Of a stretch of DNA of 64,000 nucleotides, positions 1 through 12,795 are shown in pieces. The DNA comes from Okamejei kenojei (Eukaryota): contig CM069142.1 of NCBI GenBank assembly GCA_035221665.1, forward strand, positions 17,608,001-17,672,000. The letters are read 5' to 3'. Every line of letters begins with the position of its first letter. The first letter of the stretch is position 1. Both the position numbers and the translations under genes were made by a program. Under the pieces are notes generated by a model. It was not told the DNA's origin. It did not search any database and saw nothing but the letters and a program-made list of their open reading frames with translations.

Positions 1-387
1 TTACTGCTCCCACCAAAATGAATGTGCATCCTCATGCTGTTTACAAACCATCATGGTGTCTGAGTGCTAAGTAAATGCACCCAAGCATGATATTATTACT
101 TAAAGTCTTGGTGAGTTTCTGCAGTGTATTTTGTATCATTCACAAATGAGACTGCAGCAACACAACATCATTTCTTTGACAGCACCTTCCTGCAACACCC
201 TGAGAGACCAGGGCAATGTAGGCACAGGAACATCATGCACAGTACTTATCTGAAAACATGCTGCTGGGTCTACATGCTGGAACTCCTTGCCTACCAGTGC
301 TCTTGCACTACCTTCACCAGAAGGACTGCAGAGGATCACAAAGATGCTTCTCAGAGGAAGATGAGGTTGAGCAATAAATGCTGGAGT

Positions 388-608
388 ATCCCCCTCCACC
401 AAAGATGGACACAAAATGGTGGAGTAATTCAGCGAGACAGGCAGCATCTCTGGATAGAAGGAACAGGTGACGGTTCAGATTGAGACCCTTCTTCCGAGTC
501 TGAAGAAGGGTCTCGACCCAAAAGGTCACCCATCCATGTTCTCCAGAAATGATCCCTGTCCTGCTGAGTTACTCCAGCATTTTGTGTCCATCTTTGGTGG
601 AGGGGGAT
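388..608. mobile_element. Fold-back Penelope-derived short element (inverted pLTR arms, degenerate hammerhead motif at centre); continues at ~936-965 after a CR1 insertion
   Basis: The arms are reverse complements (388-418 and 578-608 match 31/31). The centre reads GACCCTTCTTCCGAGTCTGAAGAAGGGTCTCGACCC and matches the 3' end of the Penelope element at 42300-42408. Confidence 0.85.
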
Positions 609-935
609 GTTGGGGGAGTCCAGAACCAGGGCCACAGTTTAAGAATTAGGGGTAAGCCATTTAGAACGGAGATGAGGAAATACCTTTTTCACACGGAGAG
701 TTGTAAGTCTGTGGAATTCTTTGCCTCAGAGGGCGCTGGAGGCCAATTCTCTGGATGCTTTCAAGAGATAGATAAAGCTCTTAGGGATAGCGAAGTCAAG
801 GGATATGGGGAGAAGGCCGGAAAGGGGTACTGATTGTGGATGATCAGCCATGATCACAGTGAATGATGGTGCTGGCTCGAAGGGCTGAATGGCCTACTCC
901 TGCACCTATTGTCTATTGTCTATTGCCTATTGTCT
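606..935 (+). mobile_element. CR1 LINE 3' fragment
   Basis: Translates GHSLRIRGKPFRTEMRK (CR1 ORF2 C-terminus), followed by the GATCAGCCATGATC 3'UTR and a (TATTGTC)n tail. Confidence 0.9.
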
Positions 936-1644
936 AAATCAGCATCTGCAGTTCCTTCCTACACAATAGATACTGTCCCGGCCCTCATCCTGTGAATAGA
1001 TTTCCTATAAAGCACAAATGTATTATAGCCCACTGTTCAGTTGTGCAGCTTCTTCCTTGAGGCCTCATTAGATTTTCTTGATTTATGTCAAGGTAATCAG
1101 TGTCTCCTTTGTTCAAAATAACTGGCAGTGCTTTCTCTCCACTTTCATTAATCTCCTTTCACCATAATACTTTCACCATCCTCTATGTATTTATTTTTTG
1201 TTGGAGCACCAATACTTGTGTCATTGTTTATATTTGTCTCCACTAACTCACAGACGTGCCATCTCCCTTCTCAAACCATTTTGATTTCGAACTTTGTTCA
1301 GGTCTAATCAAATGTTAGCTACCTGAAATATTAACTAAATTTCTCTCTCTTCAGATGTATCTCCATCAATGCATTTCCAACAGCTGCAGCTTTTGAACAA
1401 ATGATTTTACTTAAGATGATTAATTTAGATAGATAAAGAGATACAATATTTTAGAAGGGTTTGTTAGAAATTGTCAGGTTAATGATGCAGAGGTAATCCA
1501 ATAGCACGGGTGGAAGTTATATTAATGAATGGGAAATTAGTATGTTAGAATAAATGGGTGTAGCTCATATTGAAGAACGATTAAAAGTAGTGAAACAGTG
1601 ATTCAAAGCTACATCAATTTTTATCCTGATATCGGAAAGAGGAT

Positions 1645-1797
1645 ATGTGTAGAAAGGAACTGCAGATGCTGATTTAAACTGAAGATATACACAAAGAGTC
1701 TGAAGAAGTCTCTCCACCCGAAACATCAGCTATTCCTTTTCTCCAGAGATGCTGCCTGACCCACTGAGTTATTTCAGCTTTTTGTGTCTATCTTCAG
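1645..1797. mobile_element. Penelope-derived short element with TSD
   Basis: Same repeat family (GAACTGCAGATGCTG...CTGAAGAAG...CCGAAAC...GATGCTGCCTGACCC), flanked on both sides by GAAAGAGGA. Confidence 0.75.
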
Positions 1798-2194
1798 AAA
1801 GAGGACGCCTGAACTCAGATATTTCAGGTAGACTGGCACACTTTAAACTTATATGACATAACTATTTAATGTGAAGAGCTGTAGGATGATGTATTTTTGG
1901 AATGCATTCTTTTGGAAAGTTCTTTTGGAAAAGATAGAAACTAAGAACATACATTGAATAGAAAAACAGATCTTTTGGAGTAAACAGTGTAAATGTTCCT
2001 GCGAATGTGTAACATATAGTAAAGCTGTAAAAGCAGCAAAAAAGACTTCAATTATGTGAATGGAACTCAAAACAAAAGGCTTAATGGTTAACTTGCCATG
2101 GTTAAATCTTGGCTAGCCCACAGCGAGAATACCATGTTAACTTTATGGCCAACTATTGAAGAGATATTAAGAGAACATTTGATGGGAATTTTAA

Positions 2195-2465
2195 GTTTAT
2201 ATAGTTTTAGATTGAGAGATCCAGCGTGGAAACAAGCCCTTTGGTCCACTGGGTCCATGCCGACCCAACCCTGAACGATTGGTTCTAGTTCTAACCGACA
2301 AACCAGCACATCTTTGAAATGTGGGAGAAAACCAGAGGACCCAGAGATATCCCACGTGGTCACACGGAAAATGTAGAAACTCTATACAGACAGCACCCAT
2401 AGTCAGGATGGAACCCGAGTATCTGGCACTGTAAGACAGCAACTCTACTACTGTGCCACTCTGCC
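2195..2465 (-). mobile_element. tRNA-derived V-SINE (HE1-like)
   Basis: The reverse complement has a tRNA-like head with a B-box-like GGTTCCATCC, the V-core GGTTTTCTCCCACAT and a CR1-like tail. It is homologous to 13775-14080. Confidence 0.8.
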
Positions 2466-2856
2466 TACAGTTTCAGTTTTGGTCAATTACAGAGAGCAGA
2501 AAAAGTGAATCAATTTACATTAATATAAAAACAAAGAGGCGCGAGGTCGAAAGATACTTCTTGATCACAATTTTTTCTGAGCATGGAATATATTCACTTG
2601 ATTTAGATTGACATTCTACATAAAGTGAAGGAAATTCCTGTCCAGAACAAATGTCTGCAAATGGGATTCTTTTCTGGGGCATAAATGGCTGGAATACATA
2701 CTTCAGGATTCACAGTAACAAGTGGCAACAATGCCAAATGCAAAACATCATTATTCCGAATTGCACAGCACTCCAACTTCAGCATGGACATGTAATCCCA
2801 TTCCTTCATTGTGGGTGAATCAAAGATCTTTAGCTCCCAACCTGACAGCAGTGTTA

Positions 2857-3143
2857 TGCTCCTGTCCCACTTTCCCGAGTTACTCACAAATTCTCCCGAG
2901 TTTTCCTCTTGATTCAAACTCGGAGAATGTCCGTAGGAATTCGTAGATATTTCGTAGCGGCTCATAATGCCAGCCGTAGGTGCTTGGAGCATCAGGTAAG
3001 TTGGGACGTTTTTTCAGCATGTTGAAAAATGTTCACGAGTAAAAAAAAATAGCCCCGAGTACCTACGGCTGGCATCTCCGAGTTGAATCAAGGGGAAAAC
3101 TCGGGAGAATCCGTAAGTAACTCGGGAAAGTGGGACAGGGGCT
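2857..3143. mobile_element. Harbinger/PIF-type MITE (287 bp)
   Basis: About 70-bp imperfect TIRs (CCTGTCCCACTTTCCCGAGTTACT... / ...AGTAACTCGGGAAAGTGGGACAGG), TTA TSD at 2854-2856 and 3144-3146, and a central TTTTTCAGCATGTTGAAAAA palindrome. Confidence 0.85.
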
Positions 3144-3404
3144 TTAAGGCAGCACACTGATCACATGAACTGCATGGGTTTAAGATGGTTCATTACCCAC
3201 CTTCCCAACTATGTGGACCAACTAAATCCATTATCCACCATGTGATCTACATATCACTGAAAAGAAATTAGCAGCTTAACTGTTCAGCTATATTAAAAAA
3301 AAAATCATTGAATACATGAGAAATGTTTTTCAGCAATGATGATCTCTGAAGAGTTAAACAGAGCTGAGCAGTAGAAAGCACGAAAGTAGACTGGAGATAA
3401 TTCA

Positions 3405-4512
3405 GAAAGAAGTACTTAACTGGAGGCAGTGTTGTCAATTGTTGGCCTTGTGGTAGTAGAGGCAAGGTACCAGCATGGATAGATTAGCTGACTGGCAGAA
3501 GGCAAAGAGTGGGAGTAAAGGGGGCCTTTTCTGGTTGGCCACCAGTGACTAGTGGTGTTCCACAGAGGGTCAGTGTTGGCTCTGCTACTTTTCACATTAT
3601 ATGACAATGATACGAAGATAGGTGGAGGGGCAGGTATGTTGAGGAACCGGGGAGTCAGCAGAAAGATTTGGATAGTTTGTGTGAGTGAGCAAAGAAATGG
3701 CAGATGGAATACAGTGTAGCAAAGTGTACAGTTCAATCACTTTGGTAGAAATAATAGAGGCATAGACGATTATCTAAATGGGGATCTGATTCAGAAATCA
3801 GAGGTGCAAAGGGCTTGGGAGCGCTAGTGCACGATTCCCAAATGGGGAATTGGCAGGTGATAGGGAAGGCAAATACAATGTTAGCATTCATTTTGAGAGG
3901 ACTGGAATATAAAAGTGAGGATGTAATGCTGAGGCTTTATAAGGCACTGGTCAGACCACATTTGGAATATTATGAACAGTTTTGGGCCTCATATTTGAGG
4001 AAGAATGCTCTGGCATTGGAGAGGGTTGAGAGGAGGTTTGTGAGAAAGATCCTGGAATGATTGGGTTAACAAATGTGGAGCGTTTTATGGCTCTGGGCCT
4101 GTACTTGCTAGAGTTTAGAAGAATGCAGAGGGGATCTCATTGAAATCTACTGAATAGTGAAAGGCCTGGATAGAGTGGATGTGGAGAGGATGTTTCCACT
4201 GGCTGGAGAGTCTAGGACCAGTGGGCAAAGCCTCAGAATAAAAGGATGAAACTTTAGAATGGAGATGAGAAAGACTTTTTTTAACCAGAGGGCAGTGAAT
4301 CTGTGGAGTTCATTGCTGCAGACAGCTATGGAGGCCAAGTCATTGGGTATTTTTAAAGCCGAGATTGGTAGGTTCTTGATTTAATAAGGGCATCAGAGGT
4401 TATGGAGAAAAGGCAGGAGAATGGGGTTGAGAAGGAAAAATAGATCAGCCATGATCGAATGACAGAGCAGATGCGATGGGCTGAAAGGCCTAATTCTGCT
4501 CCTGTCTTATGA
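3405..4512 (+). mobile_element. CR1 LINE, 5'-truncated (RT C-terminal half + 3'UTR)
   Basis: An SGVPQ-like segment, ORF 3815-4060 LRLYKALVRPHLEY..QFW, and the CR1 3'UTR GATCAGCCATGATCGAAT. Confidence 0.92.
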
Positions 4513-4515
4513 TTT

Positions 4516-5270
4516 TATGATAAGATTGGAGGCTGTGGAGGGGAGATTACCAGAGGTGATGAGATCCAAAACCTGGGAGATGATAGCATGGTGTTCGACT
4601 GTGGCGCCATGGTTAAGGGAGGAGGTATCTGAGAGTTGGAACCTGGCCTAGGCAGGTAGAGGTCAGCCTGCCAGATGACAATGATACCTCCCTTTAATAA
4701 CAGTGTTGGCATTATTGCTGAGTGAGCAGAGGGTTGTGTGGTCGGTTGGGGCGAGATTGGAGTGGGTAAGGTAAACGGAGATGTCACACGATGTCATTGA
4801 TATCTTGCCAGCTGTTGAAAATAAAAAGGTCCAGAGAGGATTGAAAGCCGGCAGGGAGGGCCCATGAGGAGGGGGAATGTTGGAGATGGGAGAAGGATTG
4901 TGCCTGTGTGGTGAGGACAAAATGCCTGAAGGCGGAGGCAATGGAAGAGGAGCTCAACGTCATGGCGAGCTCGGAACTTGTTGAGGTGTGGGTGTAGGGG
5001 GTATAAAGGTAAAGCATCTACTGAGGAATGACCATTCTGCATCAGAAGGAGAGAGGTCAGGGGGAATGGTGATAATGTTTACAAAGGTAAGTGCTGTGGG
5101 GCAGAGGGCTCGAGGTAATCCGGGGGAGGTACAGTGGGGAGATGATGGGGGGGGGGGGGGTTGGAGGGGCAGGCGGGCGTGAGAGTTGGGCAAGGGTGGG
5201 GTGGGGGGGTGGTAGGAGAGGTAGCATGGTTAGAATAGGGGGAAGGAGAGCAGGACCCTGGTGTCATTAT
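4516..5270 (-). mobile_element. Degenerate Penelope-like element fragment (ORF N-terminal part)
   Basis: Minus frames give PLHPHLNKFRARHDVELLFHCLRLQAF and KGGIIVIWQADLY, homologous to 39950-40400. Confidence 0.8.
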
Positions 5271-7188
5271 TGACGTTCTCTGTTGGAAAGCTGCAGGGAC
5301 ATCACATGTACACTGTACATTGCAAAGGTAGCCTGTTTGCCCTGAGACGTTACCCGTTTAATATCGCAGCACCAGTAGCATTTGCTGTTTATTTTCAATA
5401 AAACCTCACTTTATCGGCAAGTCTCTTTTATCTGTTCGTCTCGTTTTAATTAGTTACAGGCCTTTTACAGCTTATACAATAAATGATGTGACAGTGATTT
5501 AGACCTCTGAGCAGAGCTGACTACATAACTGTAGAAAAATCCAGTTTTGGTCTTGTGGAAAACTGTGTGGTATTGAATTTCAGAGCTGTTTTTCTTTCGA
5601 AAAACATTCCAGTCTCTCTCCTGCCCCACAGCAATACTGAAGTTTATGGCATTTATCTGAAGATCAAAAGGCTAGTATTCCACTGGGGAGAAAAAAACAA
5701 AGGCCAGATTTCTGAATCAGTCTGCATCAGTCTTGATATGACCTGTACCTGTGAACCTAATTCTCCAGGAGAGTTGCTGTGTTTTCCCTCTAAATTATTT
5801 GTTTTCCTCGTGCACCTTGCTTATTTACTGCACATAACCCCGCCAATTGTGAGAATTTAGATGTGCAGCCTGAAAAAGAGGATCTCCTCAATTTACACGA
5901 CACTTACGGAGCTTAACACCTTACCGTGTCAATCTGGTGATATATTAAGCAATCTGGCATCGGCACATTAAATTCTCATAACATGCTGTCATGAGAGACA
6001 CCCGGTCACTGGGAAATCTTACTGTGCAAAAATCCTTTGGGAGAAACCTACATTACGGTTTAGTCTGGTGAATGTTTAGATGAGCTGAAATGAATGAGAG
6101 TATTTGTGACAGAAGAACAGTCATACAGCACAGAAAGGGATGAGAGGGGTAAAAGGCTGCTTTACAAGCTAATTACTATTCATTACCATGTTTAATTAGT
6201 GAGGTGATGGACATTTATAAAAGACCGCACAATTTATATTCAGTCTTTAATTCTTTAGCATATTGATCTATTATTATATAATAAGCACACCAAATAGCTA
6301 GCTAATTGAAGAAAATATTAAGGTTTTATGTGCATGTGACTTTGGGACTTGGAACGGAATAAAACATCAAGATTCCCCCAATTATTTCCATTAAAACCAA
6401 AGGAACTGGTGTACGATTGAGGAAAGGGTCACTTCAATTCAGCTCCAGTCACTGTTGATTTGTGTGTTGTCTGACACTCTGTTTCATCTGCTTAAGTCAT
6501 CTATTTATACATAAAGAAGAAAATCATAATATGGTCTTGATACTGTTAAATTTTATAGACTGACTCGTACAACGGATAATTAACAATGGGTTCTTTACCG
6601 TGGATCTCATTACTTGCTAATTTGAACTCTGATTAAACGAATAAGTACAAGTTGTTGTTGATTAAGTACATCATCTATCCATCCACATATCATCTTCAAG
6701 CCAATTTGGGTCCATTCGGTTTGTCTCATTTATTACATAGAATATTTTCCAAAACATCTGGATTCTGAATACATCACATACTCTTTACAATTCTCTGACA
6801 AACAAATATGCAAATGAAACAAACCCATTGTGATCTCTCCCTCACAAAGTCTGGCTTCCAGATACGTTGCAAGGGGGGAATATTTATGCTGCGTGCATCA
6901 ACAAAGAAAAACGGGAACTAAAATCCAAACATCCGCATCGCATTTTTTTTTTAAACTTTCTCTCAACTATTTTACCATTGTGGTGATTCGGATGCCTGTA
7001 TCAAATGTGTGTGTGAGCTTCTTGAATATATTTATTAAAGCTGTTTATTATTCATAAGGTTTATCCCTTATAGCCACTGTAAGTTCTGGCGAGTTATTTT
7101 TAAATTGTGGCTCTCTTTCACTGTTCTTGAGCCAGGATATTCAGGACATAGATCCAGTGATGATGAAAAAAACGTATATATTTTTTAG

Positions 7189-7352
7189 GTAGACGAAAAT
7201 GCTGGAGGAACTCAGCGGGTGAGGCAGCATTTATGGAGAGACCTGAAACGTCGCCTATTCCTTCTCTCTATAGATGCTGCCTCGCCCGCTGAGTTCCTCC
7301 AACATTTTTGTCTACCTTTGATTTTTCCAGCATCTGCAGTCCTTTCTTAAAC
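7189..7352. mobile_element. Fold-back Penelope-derived short element with 13-bp TSD
   Basis: Inverted arms GTAGACGAAAATGCTGGAGGAACTCAGCGGG / CCCGCTGAGTTCCTCCAACATTTTTGTCTAC; ATATATTTTTTAG occurs on both sides. Confidence 0.8.
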
Positions 7353-7489
7353 ATATATTTTTTAGATAAGGATTAGTCTATATGCTGGGGAGGAGCCTGC
7401 AGTTGGTGATCTTCTCACACATTTCTGGTTAGGTCACCCAAAAATGTCTGCATCTTGGCCTTGGGCTTCCATCTGCAAGTGGTTTCTAG

Positions 7490-8830
7490 ACATTCTGACC
7501 AGCAGACTTCACTAAGTTAGAATTGTTCATAATATTTCCTCCACCCTGATCCTGAACGCAGGTGCTAGTCAGGATTGCATGTCAGTTCATTCCTCTGTTC
7601 CCTCTACATTTATGACTCTGTAGCCAAGTACAATGAGTTTGAGCTTGAGTTTTGTTTCGTGTCACGTGTATCGAGGTACAAGGTATTTGCCAATGATACC
7701 ACTGCTGTCGGCTGGTTGAGATGGAGTACAGGAAAGAAAATGAGAACCATGTGTTATTATGTCAGGACAACAACCTAGACCTTAATGTCAACAAGACAAA
7801 AGAGTCAGTTGTTGATCTAAGGAAATAGACGTATCAACAAAACACTGTTCTCATCAATGGGGCTTTAGTGTTTAGAGATACAGCAAGGAAATAGGCCCTT
7901 CAGCCACTGAGTCCATGCCAACCGGCAATCACCTGCACACTAATTCTATCCTACACACTAGGGACAATTTACAGAAGCCAATTAACCTACAAACCTACAG
8001 GTCTTTGGAATGAGGGAGGAAACTGGAGCACCCAGAGAAAACCCACGTGGTCACAGGGAGAATGTAGAAACTCCACACAGACAGCACCCGAAGGTCAGGA
8101 TGGAACCCAGACTCTGGCGCTGTAAGGCAGCAACTCTCCCGCTGTGCCACAGTAGAGTTTTAAATTCCCAGGTATCCATATCACAAGCAACCTAACCTGG
8201 TCTCTTCACACAGGTGTGAACATGAGACCGCATCAGTGCATTTGCTTCGTTCGGCATTTGAGAAAATTCTCCGGACCTTCAGCAGGTGCGCTATTAGAAC
8301 ATATTCTGATGGGATGCAGCTCAGCTTGGTATGGCACCTGTTCTGTTCTTGACCTCCTGAGCTCACAGAGAGTGAGGAACAGAGCCCAGTCCATCAGGAG
8401 TTCATCATTTCATTCCATCTGGTCCAGCTTTCACAGCAAGTTGCATCAGGAAGGCTCTAAAGATGCCACCCACACTGGCCAATCCCTTTTCTTTCTTCCA
8501 CCTTCTGGGAGAAGATACAGGAGTTTGAAAGCCTGGACATCCAGATTTAAGAACAGCTTTTTACCCATGGCTATCAGACTCTTGAACGGCCCTTTACCGG
8601 ACGGAGCTGCTGCCATGTACTCTTACTTTTAATTCTACCTCATTTGGCTATCCAATTATGAAACTTACATTTTTTTTGTACTACATCCGAATGCACTACA
8701 ATCTAGCACCATTCTGCTGTTGTGCACTCGTCTTTGTATTTATTGTTGCATTTATCATGACTATCACTACATCATTAATGAAGTCATTACTGTCCGAGCT
8801 TCATGTATACAAGGAATTTTGTTTCAGATG
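7490..8830 (+). mobile_element. Rex1/Babar-type LINE remnant, interrupted by a SINE
   Basis: FANDTTAVG (FADD-like), LNVNKTKE, and ORF 8216-8632 with MGCSSAWYG...SGRRYRSLKAWTSRFKNSFLPMAIRLLN, typical of the Rex1 C-terminus. Confidence 0.8.
7865..8152 (-). mobile_element. V-SINE (HE1-like) nested in the Rex1 remnant
   Basis: GAGGAAACTGGAGCACCCAGAGAAAACCCACGTGGTCACAGGGAG...ACAGACAGCACCCG matches the other copies of the family. Confidence 0.85.
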
Positions 8831-9699
8831 GTGTCTAAAAAGGGACATGATGATTATGATATTAACAACGAACTAATCGGTGTGAATTCTATCTTAATTT
8901 GTCATAGGTATGTGAGGAGCTGTTAAAGAAGCCTTGGCTGTTGTTTCAGTACATTCTTTAATGGGATGCATGGCAGCCACGGTGAGTCATTTGTGGAGGG
9001 AATGAATGCCAGTGGTGGGAAATGGCAAATTGGCAATCTACTGGGCTAATTATCTGTGATGGGGTTGAGCACCGAGTGCTGTCACCACATTCATCCAAAT
9101 TAAGTGATTATGTGGAATGTATTCCTTCACATTTCCAATTTGTACCCTGAAGATGCTTTTATTTGTAAATGGCGGCAAAATATGACGACTATGCATTTGT
9201 GGGTTGTGCAGAAGAATTTGTGTGCTGTTCATACGTGACAATAAAGAACCATTGAACAATTTTGGAAAGTCTGAAGACCAGTCAGTCACTGAAAAGTGCC
9301 TAGATTTTACACACTCTAATTTTACAGCCTTAATATGTCTGTTAAGTAGCAACAAGCAGAATTTCATTGTTCTGGTTCATACTTAGTGCATTTGACAGAA
9401 ACATTCTTGACTCTCTTAGAACCACAGTATTTAAGTGGCTGGTCCTGTTACAATCTTAATGATGTACAACAAACCCCAGAACGACATAAATCATGCATTG
9501 TTTTATGTATCCATTTTAAACATTACGCCCAAATAAAGCCTGGTTAGGAAATGGACCTTTCCATTTCACAAGTAGACCTCTTATGTAGAACAAGGAACAC
9601 TACAATACAGGACCAGGCCCTTGGCTCACAGATCTATTTCCCAACACATTGCCTGAGATGCCTTTGATCTGCAGTCAGATCATAGTCACAAAGAGATGA

Positions 9700-10022
9700 G
9701 AGAAATAAACCCTTCAGTTCACTTTGCCCATGTGCTCATCAGGTACCCTTTTACTCTAATCCTACATTAATCCCATTCTTATATCCTTCCCACATTCCCA
9801 GCAACTCCCCCTAGAATCTACCACTCACCTATACATTACGGATAACTTACAGCAGATAATTAATTTATCAACCAGAACATCTTTAGGATGTTTGAGGAAA
9901 CCCATGTGGTCACATGGAGAACATGTAAACTCGTCACGGACAGCATTTGGGGGTCAGGATTGAATCCAGGTCTCAGGTGTTGTGAGGCAGCAGCGATACC
10001 AGCTGTACCACTGTACTGCCCT
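9700..10022 (-). mobile_element. V-SINE (diverged)
   Basis: GAGGAAACCCATGTGGTCACATGGAGAACATGTAAACTC...GGATTGAATCCAGGTC matches the family core. Confidence 0.7.
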
Positions 10023-11349
10023 GAATGTGATATTCTGCTGCCAGAACCTCACAGTTTCCTCCAGATACTCACTTCAACTCACCACGTCAACATTAATGAA
10101 CCCCAACCATTAGATAAAACACAAGCTGTTGTCTCGCCTGCTGCATCAAGATCTTGTCCAAGACTTGAAATGTGCCCGACTTAAAATCTTGTCTCAAAAA
10201 TCCAAATTATAGGCACCACGATGTATTGATTGATTCCTGCCAATTGAGAAGCCACATTAATGGTCACTGTCATTGATCATTATGAGAGCCTTTAAATACA
10301 ATAAACAAAGAAAAATTAGAAATGAAAGAAACTGAAGAGAAATAAGCTGTTTAAAAACAATGCAGAAATTAGCAACAGAACAAAGTTAATGCTTAAAATG
10401 TTTGCAACAGATCATAGCCAATTTACCTTTACCAACATTTCAGCTGATTTTACATTGTACTGATTTTACAGAATAGCATCACACCTCATTTTGACTCATT
10501 TTAATTATTTGAAAAATTGTTCCTTCATTTTCGTTGCTTTGTTTTGACATATCTTGGAATCATTTTGTTCTCTGTTTTGAATTTTTCACCATCAGTATCT
10601 TTGAATCTCTTTATTCTCCCTCAAAGACGAGTTGATCACTTTAGAAGATTTATGCTGTGCCCTTTTTTAATTTAAAGCTGATTCAGGATTACTGTCCTGA
10701 ACTTCAACCATACAACATCGAAAACCTGCATGGTATCTAAATATAAAAGCAATCCATCCAAATGTGTCTCAAGAATTCAAATTATATGCACTACGATGTA
10801 ATTAGGATCCTCTTTCATGCAATAACTTCTGAGTACATTTAAGGAATATTGGCAGTTGCATATAACGTTGTTCTTTCCTATTCACTTAACGATCTGCTTT
10901 CTATTTTTATTCATCACAAAAGCTCAGACTCAGAGAAATTAGATGGGCTGTCTGTTGATCGTGATTGGAGAGATTGACTTTTCCTGATGCAATGGCACTG
11001 GAAAGTAGATGTGTTTTTTCCCTCATGCAACATATAAAACATAGCATTTCCACCTCCAACAGACCTACCTGACCTATGCAGCTGCAAGTAGCACTGGATA
11101 CTATCTTATTGAATGCTCTTCATGCTTTTTTTTTTAAACTGTAAAGACAAAAACATACAGATTATTTTCCAAACCTATACAGAAGCAAAAAGCAACATGA
11201 TATGGAATTTACAGGGGGTTTTATCAACAGTGATATGTCAATATCTTTGAGATTTTGTGATGCTGGATCCTCAGTAATTATCCTTTCTGCAGTGTCAGAA
11301 ATTGTAATTATTTCGTACGGTACATACTATCAAGAATTGAGAGATTGTC

Positions 11350-11770
11350 TAATGGTCGGATGTGCCGACAGTGGATCAATGAAATTCTTACTTGCTGCTG
11401 CTTTACAGATCCATTAACATGATAACACACTAATTAATATCCAATAATCAGCAATACAATAAATTAACCAGTCAAACTGGGTCACTGGATCCTAAAAGTG
11501 CAAAACTGAAGTACATAGTGCAACCTAAACAAATTCCATAGTATATTATAGTTGCTGAGGTTGAGTTGTGGGGTTGAGTTATGGTTACTGTTGTGCAGTG
11601 TTCAAGAGTCCAATATTTGCTATGAAGAAACTGTTTTTAAATCTGAACAGCACTGTTCTGCGGCACTTTCACTTTCTTCCCAATGGCCGTAACAAGATGA
11701 GAGCATGGCTAGGGTCTTTGATGATATTATTTGCCTTTCTGAAGCTGCATCTCCTGTAGATCCCTTTGTT
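11350..11770 (-). mobile_element. Rex1/Babar-type 3' remnant
   Basis: AAGAAACTGTTTTTAAATCTG...CTTCCCAATGG is the reverse complement of the Rex1 C-terminal coding region; ATGAAATTCTTACTTGCTGC is a tail motif. Confidence 0.55.
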
Positions 11771-11964
11771 GGTGGGACATGATGGATCAGGCAATGTCTT
11801 CCAGTTTCTACAGCCTCCTTCATTCCTGATCGATGACTGAGTGGGTCATAATGGTTTTCCATTGTTTTCAGACTGTAATATACATGGAATTTCTCTCCTG
11901 AGAAGACAAACAACATGCACCATATGTTTGAGAACACTGGGAATTCCGCTTGTACCAAATGGAT

Positions 11965-12795
11965 ATAGTTTAGTTTAGTTTAGAGATAAAATATGGATAC
12001 AGGCCCTTTGGCCCACTGGGTCCTCGCTGAGCATCAAACACCTGTTTACACTAGTTCTATGTTATCTCACTTTCTCATCCATTCCGTATACACTTGGGGC
12101 AAGTTTATAGAAGCCAATTAACTTCTAAACCCTTGGGATCTTGGAAGAAACCGGAGCACCTGAAGGAAACCCATGTGGAATGTGCAAACTCCACAGAGGC
12201 AGCACCAGTAGTCAGGTTTGAACCTGGGTCCCTGTAAGGACCTGTCCCACTTAAGCGATTTGCCAGTGGAGACACTTTTAAGAAGCCAGACAACTTTTAA
12301 TAAGCCAGAGATACACAGCTGTGAAGTTCGGCGGACATTTAACATTACCGGTCGTTTATCATTGGTTCTGAAAACTCGTGCTTACGTTTTTTTTTCCCCA
12401 ATGAGCCAATGAAAATGACCGGTCAGCAAAGGCGATTGACTAAAACTACCTACGACTACCTCGACTATGTACAACTACATGGCGACCCCACTACAACTGC
12501 ACCTACGACTACAGGATTATCGATTTTCTCCATGGCGACCAATTTTTGGTCACCGAAAATCTGTCAACGTGTTGAAAAATTTGCAGCAACCATATCGAGA
12601 CCGCGACTGGTTCCCAGAATGCGGGAACTCCTCACGACCATGAAGGAGACTCACCAGAGACCACCAGCGAACGTGTGGCGATCTTGTCGCGAGTGCAGAG
12701 TCTCCTGCACTCGCCTAAAAAAAATTGCCTAAGTGGGGCAGGCCCTTTACTCTGTGAGGCAGCAGCTCCACCAGCTGAGCCAATGTGCCATCCCT
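11965..12795 (-). mobile_element. V-SINE interrupted by a MITE at 12237-12746
   Basis: (TAGTT)n tail and V core; the head GAACCTGGGTCCCTG resumes after the MITE as CTGTGAGGCAGCAGCTCCACCAGCTG. Confidence 0.8.
12237..12746. mobile_element. Harbinger/PIF-type non-autonomous transposon (510 bp); internal-deletion relative of 60668-61587 in opposite orientation
   Basis: TIRs AGGACCTGTCCCACTTA / TAAGTGGGGCAGGCCCT, flanked by GTA/TTA. The interior is the reverse complement of parts of 60668-61295. Confidence 0.85.

Noticed and set aside
10420-10740. Minus-strand exon-like segment after TTTTATATTTAG
   Set aside because: The frames I checked hit stops; only an acceptor-like motif supports it.
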